In this document: positions 1-8,236 of the stretch, piece after piece
Layout: each line of letters opens with the position of its first letter
Numbering within the stretch: the first letter of the stretch is position 1
From: an uncultured beta proteobacterium
GTDB lineage: Bacteria > Pseudomonadota > Gammaproteobacteria > Burkholderiales > Gallionellaceae
Direction: 5' to 3'
Assembly: GCA_963828205.1 (NCBI GenBank)
Contig: CAWHDU010000011.1
Coordinates: forward strand, 9,134-73,133
DNA: 64,000 bases
Translations under genes and position numbers: made by a program
The notes under the pieces: model-generated
Databases searched by the model: none
Seen by the model: the letters and a program-made list of their open reading frames with translations, nothing else
Told to the model about the DNA's origin: nothing

Positions 1-960
1 GGTAAAATCGCCTTGCGCCACCGCGCGCGTACCTTCCGCGAGTGCTTCCAGCGACGAACCCAGCCGCTCGCTGAAAAAAAACGCCGCCGACACCGCCGTC
101 AACAGCACCACCAGAAGCGACAGCGTCAAGGTGATCGCATACAGCCGCTTCAATCCGAGGCGCGACAGCGTCAGCTCCTGATAATCGCGATACACCGCCT
201 GTACGGTCTCGGCATCAGACTCGACCTGTTTGGGCACCGGTTGGGTGAATTGCAGCACGTAATGCATTCCCGTCTGCGTATTGGGGTTTACCCTCACCAG
301 CGCGCGCAGTGTCAGCCCTTTCTTTGGCAAAGTGTCGATCACCGCATACTCGCCCTTGTCCAGTGCCGATCGCAGCAAATCGCCTTCAGGCATTTCCGGC
401 AATGGCGCGTTGCTGCCGGAGGAAAATGCAACCATATTTCCTTTGGCGGTAAACAATGCCGCTTCCTGCGCCACCTTTTTATCGATTAATTGATCGAGTG
501 CGCGCTGATATTGCCCCGGCTGTTTTTCCGCCAGCAATAATGCGATGAACTGGGTTTTTTTGGCCAGCTCCTTCAGGCTATTGTCGAGGCTGCTCCTGCC
601 GAGGTTGAGCCCGCCCTCCAGCGCCTTTTCGACACGCACGTCGAACCACGACTCGATGCTTTTGCCCAGGAAATTTACCGATACCACATATACCAGCATA
701 CCTGGCAGGACGGCGATCAGGGTGAAGAAAACCACCAGACGCAAGGTGAGCTTGGCGCCAAAAACCTTGTTTTTGAGCTTGCTGCGCAAGCGTACGAGCT
801 GATAGCCGACCAATCCCGCCAGGCTCAACGCAAACAGGCCGGTCAGCGCGAGCAGCATGTAATAATCGAGGGAAAATACCTTGGTGTTGGCGCTGCTGCT
901 GGATAGCAAGTACAGCAAAGTGCCTCCGATGAGGATGCTGATGAAGTTGAGATATTTCAC
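1..960 (-). CDS. NtrY-like membrane sensor histidine kinase (5' part; runs off the window edge)
   Basis: Hand translation from GTG at 960: VKYLNFISILIGGTLLYLL...GAKLTLRLVVFFTLIAVLPG...SIESWFDVRVEKALEGGLNLG. Open to the window edge. Usual position after rsmB-DUF4390. Confidence 0.85.
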   Translation of the reverse strand, partial: MKYLNFISILIGGTLLYLLSSSSANTKVFSLDYYMLLALTGLFALSLAGLVGYQLVRLRSKLKNKVFGAKLTLRLVVFFTLIAVLPGMLVYVVSVNFLGKSIESWFDVRVEKALEGGLNLGRSSLDNSLKELAKKTQFIALLLAEKQPGQYQRALDQLIDKKVAQEAALFTAKGNMVAFSSGSNAPLPEMPEGDLLRSALDKGEYAVIDTLPKKGLTLRALVRVNPNTQTGMHYVLQFTQPVPKQVESDAETVQAVYRDYQELTLSRLGLKRLYAITLTLSLLVVLLTAVSAAFFFSERLGSSLEALAEGTRAVAQGDFT

Positions 961-967
961 CGTGCCG

Positions 968-1636
968 TCACTCCGCCTTGCCTTCGCCGCGCACGGTAAT
1001 TTCCGCCGGGTGGATTACCCAGCGATACCAGTGGGAGTTGATCGCCCAATCCTTGCCGGTCAATGCGTTTACCTGCAGCGGCAGGGGCAATTGCGCGATA
1101 TCCAGGCGCAAGCGTGCCGCCGCCGTATAGTTGCCGTCCTTTGGCATCAGCGCGGCGGGTATGGTTGCCGAGCTTTGCCTGGCGAGCACATGCAACGCTT
1201 CTTCGAAACTGGCGAAATTCTGGAACAGGGCGCCGCGCGAAATGCGGTACTGCCGCGTCAGCACATTGTAGGAAAGCTTGACGGTTTGCTCGCCACGGAA
1301 AATTTCTTCATCGAACCAGTACCAGCGTGAGCGCGTCAGTAGAAATTCGCCCACAAAATACAGCGGAATGCCGCGCGTCAAAGCCTGCTGCGCCGTGAAA
1401 GTCAGGTTGATATCATAGGTGGTGGAGAGCTGATAGCCGTCCTCGCTCAGCCATACTTCCGCCTTGTTGACGGAGATGCCGTCGGCTGCGACCAGAGGGC
1501 AGAAGACAGAAGTCAGAAGACAGAGGGCGGCAATGACGCCGTATTTGTTCAGGCCGATACCAAGCCGCGCCACATGGTCAGAGCATGATGGCGCGGCGCG
1601 TGTTTTTCTGTCCTCTGTCATCTGTTTTAGCAGCAT
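968..1636 (-). CDS. DUF4390 domain protein (start may lie further upstream at 1812; see findings)
   Basis: ORF with the typical 'RGIPLYF..EF.LTRSRWYWFDE...KLSYNVLTRQYR' segment; lies between rsmB and the ntrY-like kinase. Confidence 0.85.
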   Translation of the reverse strand: MLLKQMTEDRKTRAAPSCSDHVARLGIGLNKYGVIAALCLLTSVFCPLVAADGISVNKAEVWLSEDGYQLSTTYDINLTFTAQQALTRGIPLYFVGEFLLTRSRWYWFDEEIFRGEQTVKLSYNVLTRQYRISRGALFQNFASFEEALHVLARQSSATIPAALMPKDGNYTAAARLRLDIAQLPLPLQVNALTGKDWAINSHWYRWVIHPAEITVRGEGKAE

Positions 1637-1816
1637 GTAGGGCGGATGAGGCCGCAGGCCGTTATCCGCCCTACGCCCTGCGACCGGAGGCCAGAAGACG
1701 GAAGTCAGAAGACGGAGGGCGGCAATGGCGCCGTATTTGTTGGGCCGATACCAAGTCGCGCCACATGGTCAGAGCACGATGGCACAGCGCGTGTTTTTCT
1801 GTCTTCTGTCATCGGT
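1488..1816. repeat. Imperfect ~137-bp direct repeat (1488-1624 and 1680-1816, 192-bp offset) separated by a GTAG-type palindrome (1637-1674)
   Basis: The two copies align by eye. Each has AGAAGACAG sub-repeats at the left and TCTGTC(C/T)TCTGTCATC at the right. Confidence 0.9.
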
Positions 1817-3125
1817 CATCTGTCTGCTGTTTCCGCAGCAATGCATAGAAAAATCCGTCGTGCCGGTCATCGGGTAACAACTGCCCTTCGCTACTTTCAG
1901 GCAATTCTATCAGCAACCGCCGCGCATCCGGATGTTGCGCCAGAAATGCCGCGATGACCTGTTCGTTTTCCTGCCGGAAAACCGAGCAGGTAACGTAGAG
2001 CAATTTACCATCTTGCGCCAGCAGCCGCCACAGCGCGCGCAGGATATCGAGCTGCTGTGCGGCAAAACCGGCAATATCCGTGCTGCGGCGCAGCCACTTG
2101 ATGTCGGGGTGGCGGCGCACCACGCCGGAAGCGGAGCAGGGCACATCGGCGAGAATCCGCTGAAAGGCTTTGCCGTCCCACCACTCCCCCGGTTCGGCGG
2201 CGTCACCCCGCACAAGCTGCGCGGACAGCCCGAGGCGCTGCAAGTTTTCCGCGACGCGCCGCAAGCGTTTTTCGTCCTTGTCCACAGCGACCATTTCTAT
2301 TTGCGCGCATTCCAGGATATGCGCCGTCTTGCCGCCCGGCGCGGCGCAGGCGTCCAGCACCCGCATCCCGTCGCGGACGTCAAGCAGCCGCGCGGCATAT
2401 TGGGCGCCGGCATCCTGCACGGAAACCAGCCCGGCAAAAAAACCCGGCAATTTGTCCACCGGCACCGGCTTGTCCAGTTGCAGCGTGCCAGACCCTATCA
2501 AATCACCCCCGATCAAATCATCCCCGATCAGCCGGGCGGGTAAATTCTGTTGCGCCAATTGCGCCAGATAATCCGCCGTTGTGCAGCGCCGCCGGTTGAT
2601 GCGCAGGGTCATCGGCGGATGCCGGTTGCCCGCTTCGAGAATCGCGGTGCTGTTCTCCCCGTACTGCGCCCGCAACTCGTCTATCCACCATTGCGGGTAA
2701 CTGTAGCGTCCCTCATCATCCAGCGCGGCCTGCTCCAGCAACGCCGCCCGGTTGCGCAAAAAGTTGCGCAGGGCTGCATTGGCCAGGCCGCTTACTTTCG
2801 AATTTAAAGTCTGTGCGGCGCGCACTGCATGATCGACCACCGCGTGTTGCGCCGATTTGCCATACTGCAATTGATACAGCGCCACAAGCAACAGGAAGCG
2901 CACCCGTTCATCCGCCAGCGGCTTGCGCAGCAGCAAGCCCAGCACTGCGCGCAACTGGCCATAGAAGCGCAATGTTCCGTAGCTCAAATCCTGCAACGCG
3001 CCGCGCTGCGCGGATGTCCATGCGGCCTTGTTGCGCAGCGCCTCATCCAGCGCCCGATTGAGATTGCGCCCATCCGCCAGCACTTTTTGAACGACGGACG
3101 CGGCGGCCAGTTGTATGTTCTGCAT
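1809..3125 (-). CDS. rsmB: 16S rRNA m5C967 methyltransferase RsmB
   Basis: NusB-like N-terminus plus motifs VQDAGAQ, LDACAAPGGKT, ILADVPCSASG, YVTCS. Confidence 0.97.
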   Translation of the reverse strand: MQNIQLAAASVVQKVLADGRNLNRALDEALRNKAAWTSAQRGALQDLSYGTLRFYGQLRAVLGLLLRKPLADERVRFLLLVALYQLQYGKSAQHAVVDHAVRAAQTLNSKVSGLANAALRNFLRNRAALLEQAALDDEGRYSYPQWWIDELRAQYGENSTAILEAGNRHPPMTLRINRRRCTTADYLAQLAQQNLPARLIGDDLIGGDLIGSGTLQLDKPVPVDKLPGFFAGLVSVQDAGAQYAARLLDVRDGMRVLDACAAPGGKTAHILECAQIEMVAVDKDEKRLRRVAENLQRLGLSAQLVRGDAAEPGEWWDGKAFQRILADVPCSASGVVRRHPDIKWLRRSTDIAGFAAQQLDILRALWRLLAQDGKLLYVTCSVFRQENEQVIAAFLAQHPDARRLLIELPESSEGQLLPDDRHDGFFYALLRKQQTDDR

Positions 3126-4049
3126 CTACGAAAACCTGTCGCCGGGCTTGACCGGCGCGGCCTGCAAAAAATGTGCGGCCGGCTGCGCCTTGCCGCCGGG
3201 GCGCTGCAATACTTCCAGGCGCAGCGCGTCCTTGCCGCAAGCCACCGTGATGCCGCGCCTGTCCGCCGCCAGAACCTTGCCCGCTTCGCCTTGTGCGCCT
3301 TCCTGCAGCGCGGCCTGCCAGATTTTTATCGTCACGCCATCGAGTTCGGCATGGCACACCGGGAACGGATTGAATGCGCGTACCGCGCGCTCGATCTGCC
3401 GCGCATCCAGATGCCAGTCGACCCGCGCCTCGCTCTTGAGCAGCTTGGTGGCGTAAGTTGCCGCCGCATCGTCCTGCCTGGCCGGCGCCAGGCGGCTCTC
3501 CTGCAACAGGCGCAACGCTTCGAGAATGCAGTCCGCGCCGATGCCGGCCAGCTTGTCTTGCAAAGTCTGCGCCGTGTCGCTTTGCGCGATCGGGCAGGCG
3601 CGGCGCAGCAGCATGTCGCCGGTATCCAGGCCTTCGTCCATCTGCATGATGGTGATGCCGGTCTCGCTGTCGCCCGCTAGGATCGCCCGCTGGATCGGCG
3701 CCGCACCGCGCCAGCGCGGCAGCAGCGAAGCGTGGATATTCAGGCAGCCGTGGCGCGGCAGTTGCAGCACCGCCTTCGGCAGAATCAGCCCGTAAGCGGC
3801 CACCACCATCACGTCGGCGTCCAGCGCGGCGAGCGTGCGCTGCACCTCTTCGGTCTTCAGCGTGGCGGGCTGCAATACCGGCAGGCCGTGTTGCAGGGCA
3901 AGCCGCTTCACCGGGCTGGCGGCAAGCCGCATGCCGCGCCCGGCGGGACGGTCAGGCTGGGTCAGCGCTGCGGCGATTTGATGTTCCCCGAGCAGGGCGG
4001 CCAGCGCGCTGGCCGCGAATTGCGGCGTTCCGGCAAAGATGATTTTCAT
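3126..4049 (-). CDS. fmt: Methionyl-tRNA formyltransferase
   Basis: MKIIFAGTPQFA...TQPDRPAGRG...LNIHASLLPRWRGAAPIQRAI. Confidence 0.98.
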   Translation of the reverse strand: MKIIFAGTPQFAASALAALLGEHQIAAALTQPDRPAGRGMRLAASPVKRLALQHGLPVLQPATLKTEEVQRTLAALDADVMVVAAYGLILPKAVLQLPRHGCLNIHASLLPRWRGAAPIQRAILAGDSETGITIMQMDEGLDTGDMLLRRACPIAQSDTAQTLQDKLAGIGADCILEALRLLQESRLAPARQDDAAATYATKLLKSEARVDWHLDARQIERAVRAFNPFPVCHAELDGVTIKIWQAALQEGAQGEAGKVLAADRRGITVACGKDALRLEVLQRPGGKAQPAAHFLQAAPVKPGDRFS

Positions 4050-4187
4050 CCAGATTTTTCCATTAAAAAAGAAATTTGCCCCATTCCCGCGAAGATCGTT
4101 TGCCGCCTCGTGGCGACTTGCATGACGGGCGGCATCATGCACCGCCCAGCGTATCGATCATGTTCGGATTGACCATCGCTTCGGAAT

Positions 4188-4286
4188 TGTAGCCGCGCGC
4201 GCCGAGCGCGGCGGGGCTCTGTAGCGGCCTCTGTAGCCGCTGGCGTTGACAGCGGCGTCCCGCCGCGCTCGGCGCGCGCGGCTACA
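4188..4286. repeat. GTAG-family REP cluster left of the RAYT
   Basis: TGTAGCCGCGCGCGCCGAGCGCGGC (4188-4212) with an exact inverted copy (4262-4286), enclosing a second REP type TGTAGCCGCTGGCGTTGACAGCGGC (4232-4256). Confidence 0.9.
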
Positions 4287-4306
4287 GATCTTGGCGGCTA
4301 CAGCAG

Positions 4307-4777
4307 TCATCTTAAAACCTCAATTTCTCCGGCATAAGGCCAATCATCGGCCGTTTGCACCAGCCCGGCGCGTACCGGGTTCTCGCGAACGTACAGCCAT
4401 TTATCGGCGTAACTTTCATCCGAGCGCAGCAAATGATCAAAAAACTCCGGTTGCCAAATCGGGGGTTGCACACCCAACTGGCGGGTTGCCCGCTTGGAGC
4501 TCCACTCCTTGAACGACCCGACGAAACGGGATAACGACGAACTTGCTTCATCCCCATCGCATGCGCAGAAAAAATGGATGTGGTCGGGCATGACGACAAA
4601 ACGGCCAACATGCCACCCATGACGTTGCGGCGCGGAACGAAATTCATCCTGAATGATGGCAAATATTTCAGGGTGCGCCAGCAGAGGGCGGCGATCGATG
4701 GCACAAGCGGTAATGTAGAAAACTGGTTGATCGATCCAAACAGATTCAAGACGGCGTAGGTGTTTATGCCTGGCCAT
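4307..4777 (-). mobile_element. REP-associated tyrosine transposase (RAYT / TnpA-REP, Y1 HUH nuclease)
   Basis: 'YITAC', HUH motif 'VVMPDHIHF', 'IWQPEFFDHLLRS', 'YVRENPVRAGLV..DWPY'. REP clusters on both sides. Confidence 0.93.
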
Positions 4778-4826
4778 GGATTTATGTCCCCGTATTCGCG
4801 CCTAAATTCACGCCCGCAGCCGCGTC

Positions 4827-4965
4827 TGTAGCCGCGCGCGCCGAGCGCGGCGTAGCTGTCAGCGCCAGCAAAGCCGCTGTCAGCGCCAGCGGCTACATAG
4901 AAAAGCAAAGCCGCTACATAGAAAAGCAAAGCCGCTGTCAGCGCCAGCGGCTACATAGAAGCCGC
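4827..4965. repeat. GTAG-family REP cluster right of the RAYT
   Basis: Third copy of the first REP type (4827-4851), two inverted copies of the second type (4873-4897, 4931-4955), and repeated CTACATAGAAAAGCAAAGCCGCT spacers. Confidence 0.9.
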
Positions 4966-5010
4966 ATAACTCGCAAAACCCGGAGTGTACATTCAATTAT
5001 GCAGAGGTTT

Positions 5011-5514
5011 TTACATGGTTTCGCGCATGCGCTTCTTAAGTTTGGCGCGAATCCTGATTTGCTTGAGTTGCGACAAATATTCGACAAACACCTTGCCGCG
5101 CAGGTGATCCATCTCGTGCTGGATGCAGACCGCCAGAAATCCTTCCGCTTCCAGCGTAAATGGTTCGCCTTTTTCGTCGAGCGCTCGCACCGTTACTTTT
5201 TCCGCGCGGCGCACCTTTTCATAAATACCCGGCACCGACAGGCAACCTTCCTCACTTTCTTCTTCGCCGCTGCTGGAAATGATTTCCGGGTTGACGAACA
5301 CCAGCAACTGGTTGCGCGCCTCGGAAACGTCCACCACGATGACCTGCTTATGCACATCCACTTGCGTCGCCGCCAAACCGACTCCGGGCGCGGCATACAT
5401 GGTTTCCGCCATGTTTTGCGCCAGCTTGCGGGTAGCTTCATCGGCATGTTCGACCTTGCTGGCGACCTTGTGCAGCCGCACGTCCGGATACTGTAAAACC
5501 TTCAGGATTGGCAT
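5011..5514 (-). CDS. def: Peptide deformylase
   Basis: Motifs [22 protein letters not shown]. Confidence 0.98.
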   Translation of the reverse strand: MPILKVLQYPDVRLHKVASKVEHADEATRKLAQNMAETMYAAPGVGLAATQVDVHKQVIVVDVSEARNQLLVFVNPEIISSSGEEESEEGCLSVPGIYEKVRRAEKVTVRALDEKGEPFTLEAEGFLAVCIQHEMDHLRGKVFVEYLSQLKQIRIRAKLKKRMRETM

Positions 5515-5616
5515 ATGCACTCCATAAATGCTTGCTAATTTATATGACTGGATGCAGAATTTAACGCAACGCAGCAACAATGCGTGCCTTTTATATTGAT
5601 TCTGCCGGAGTTTTCC

Positions 5617-6648
5617 ATGCGCAAGATTATATCGCTGATTTGCTTTTTGTTGCCCGTCCTGGCCTTTGCTGCACAGCCTGCCACCCGTCCCGAACTTCGC
5701 AGCGATGCGCCTGACCGGCATGTGGTCGTCAAAGGCGATACGCTGTGGAGCATCTCCGGCAAGTTCTTCAAAGACCCGTGGAAATGGCCGCATATCTGGG
5801 GTATGAACAAGGACTCCATCAAGAACCCGCACTGGATTTATCCGGGCGACGTGATTATCCTGGATCGTGCCAATGGCTCCTTGCGCATCGGTCAGGCCGG
5901 CGCGGGAAGGGAAGACAATGTCATTAAGCTGTCACCCAGAGCGCGCGAAGGCCATAGCGCCCACGATGCCGTCCCGAGCATTCCCGCCAATGCCATCGCT
6001 CCATTTTTAAGCCAGCCGCTCGCTATCGGGAAAGATGCGCTGAAGGATGCGCCAATACTGATCGGTGCGCGCGAAAACCGCGTGATACTTGGCGCTCGCG
6101 ATATCGGTTTCGTGAAAGGCCTGTCTCCGGATAAAGGCAGCAAGTGGCAGATTTACCGTCCGGGCAAAACATTCGCCGATCCCGAAACCGGGGAAGTGCT
6201 GGGTGTCGAAGCGACCTATCTGGGCAATGCCGAAGTAACCGATTTTGCGGATGTCAGCACCATCGTCATTACCCATTCCGTACAGGAAATCAATCAGGGC
6301 GACCGCCTGGTCGCCCCTTCCGGCGATGCCGTCAACGCCTACCTGCCGCGCGCGCCCGGCAGCAACCTTTCCGCGCGCGTTATTTCAGTGTACGGCGGCG
6401 TTTCGCAGGCCGGGCAAAATACCGTCATCACCCTGAGCAAGGGAAAACGCGATGGATTGGAAAGCGGCCATGTGCTGGCGCTGTACCGCAAGGGCGAGGA
6501 AGTGAAGAATGGAGACGAAAAATCTATTTTGCCGGATGAACGCTATGGCCTGGCGTTCGTGTTCCGCGTATTCGACAAGGTATCGTACGCGCTGGTGATG
6601 CAAACCCGCCTGCCGGTGCAGTTGCTGGATCGCGCACAAACTCCCTGA
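5617..6648 (+). CDS. Secreted LysM peptidoglycan-binding protein (TsaP-like)
   Basis: Signal peptide, then LysM '[27 protein letters not shown]...NPHWIYPGD'; conserved def/lysM/dprA arrangement. Confidence 0.88.
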   Translation: MRKIISLICFLLPVLAFAAQPATRPELRSDAPDRHVVVKGDTLWSISGKFFKDPWKWPHIWGMNKDSIKNPHWIYPGDVIILDRANGSLRIGQAGAGREDNVIKLSPRAREGHSAHDAVPSIPANAIAPFLSQPLAIGKDALKDAPILIGARENRVILGARDIGFVKGLSPDKGSKWQIYRPGKTFADPETGEVLGVEATYLGNAEVTDFADVSTIVITHSVQEINQGDRLVAPSGDAVNAYLPRAPGSNLSARVISVYGGVSQAGQNTVITLSKGKRDGLESGHVLALYRKGEEVKNGDEKSILPDERYGLAFVFRVFDKVSYALVMQTRLPVQLLDRAQTP

Positions 6649-6673
6649 TTAAACCCCGCAGAACGCATCAAGC

Positions 6674-7750
6674 GTGACTTACGATGCTTCGCTTAAGGCC
6701 TGGCTGGCGCTAAGCCTGACCAAAGGCTTGGGCGGCGAAGGCGCGCGGCTGCTGCTGAAGGAATTCGGTTCGCCGGAAGCGGTTTTTGCCGCATCCCCCG
6801 GCTCGCTCAAATCCGTCGTCAAGGCGGAAGTCGCCGCCGAGATCGGTAAAGGCATCGCAGAAGATGTCCTTGCTCCCGCGCTTGTCTGGATGGAAGACGG
6901 CAACAACCGCATCGTCACTCTCGCCGATAGCGGCTACCCGCAAGCCCTGCTGAACATTTCCGATCCGCCGCTGCTGCTGTATGTGAAGGGGCGGCTCGAC
7001 TTGCTCAACCGCCCTGCGCTTGCATTGGTCGGCAGCCGCAATGCCACACCGCAGGGCATCGGCAACGCCGAAGCGTTTGCCCAATCATTGAGCGATGCCG
7101 GGCTGTGCATCATCAGCGGCATGGCGCATGGCATCGACGCCGCCGCGCATCGCGGTGCATTGCGCGGCCAAGGCAGCAGTATTGCCGTGGTCGGCACCGG
7201 GCCGGACAAGGTTTACCCTTCAGCGAATCGCGGTCTTGCGCATTTGCTTGCGCAGCAGGGAGCGCTGATTTCGGAATTCCCGCTCGGCACACCTCCCCTT
7301 GCCGCCAACTTTCCGCGCCGCAACCGTATTATCAGCGGCATGAGCGCCGGCTGCTTGGTGGTGGAGGCATCGTTGCAAAGCGGTTCGCTGATTACCGCGC
7401 GGCTCGCGCTGGAGCAGGGCAGGGACGTGTTCGCCATCCCCGGTTCGATACACGCGCCGCAAAGCAAAGGTTGTCATGCGCTGCTCAAGCAGGGCGCGAA
7501 ACTGGTCGAGACCGCGCGGGATATTCTGGAGGAACTGGGCGGATTTGCCTCATCACATGCGCACGCCGCCGCCATGCAAGGCGCAAACTCCGCGCTGCTC
7601 GGCCATATCGGCTTCGATCCGGTCGATCTGGAAACTCTCGGCAAACGTAGCGGCTTGACGATAGCCGAGCTATCCGCCATGCTGTTGACGCTCGAACTGG
7701 AGGGGCGCATCAGCGCGTTACCCGGCGGTTTGTACCAACAAATCCATTAA
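6674..7750 (+). CDS. dprA: DNA-processing protein DprA
   Basis: VGSRNATPQG, IISGMAHGIDAAAH, NFPRRNRIISG, SGSLITA motifs. Confidence 0.97.
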   Translation: MTYDASLKAWLALSLTKGLGGEGARLLLKEFGSPEAVFAASPGSLKSVVKAEVAAEIGKGIAEDVLAPALVWMEDGNNRIVTLADSGYPQALLNISDPPLLLYVKGRLDLLNRPALALVGSRNATPQGIGNAEAFAQSLSDAGLCIISGMAHGIDAAAHRGALRGQGSSIAVVGTGPDKVYPSANRGLAHLLAQQGALISEFPLGTPPLAANFPRRNRIISGMSAGCLVVEASLQSGSLITARLALEQGRDVFAIPGSIHAPQSKGCHALLKQGAKLVETARDILEELGGFASSHAHAAAMQGANSALLGHIGFDPVDLETLGKRSGLTIAELSAMLLTLELEGRISALPGGLYQQIH

Positions 7751-7764
7751 ACAACACGCAAATC

Positions 7765-8220
7765 ATGTTCGAAATATTGATGTATCTGTTTGAAAGTTAC
7801 TTTGACGCAGGCAGCTATCCGGAACCGGAAAAGCTGTCGCGCAAACTTTCCGCCGCCGGGTTTGAGGGCGATGAAATCAGCGAAGCGCTGACCTGGCTGT
7901 CCGCGCTGCAACAGCAAAATCCCGACAGCTATCCCGCTTCGCTCGACCACGCCGGAATGCGCCATTTTGCCGCGCTGGAGACGCAACGCATCAGTTTTGA
8001 GGCGCGCCAATTCCTGTTGTTTGCCGAACAGCAGCACATGATTTCCGCCGTCGAACGCGAGATGGTCATCGATCGCGCCGTCGCGCTGCAACAGGAAAAT
8101 ATCGGGGCGGACAAACTCAAGCTGATCATGCTGATGGTGCTATGGAACCGCCACCGGGAACTCGACCCGCTGCTGGTCGAAGAATTGTTGACACCGCTGC
8201 AATCCGCGCAACTGCATTGA
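7765..8220 (+). CDS. smg: Smg / DUF494 protein
   Basis: MFEILMYLFESY...LSAAGF...EISEALTWL; between dprA and topA. Confidence 0.92.
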   Translation: MFEILMYLFESYFDAGSYPEPEKLSRKLSAAGFEGDEISEALTWLSALQQQNPDSYPASLDHAGMRHFAALETQRISFEARQFLLFAEQQHMISAVEREMVIDRAVALQQENIGADKLKLIMLMVLWNRHRELDPLLVEELLTPLQSAQLH

Positions 8221-8236
8221 ACCCCGAACTTCACGC

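Noticed and set aside
1488-1816. Diversity-generating retroelement TR/VR pair
   Set aside because: No reverse transcriptase in the window, and the mismatches are mixed transitions rather than adenine-specific.
4188-4965. CRISPR array (also considered for 12395-12800 and 17973-19190)
   Set aside because: No constant repeat with unique, equal-length spacers, and no cas genes.
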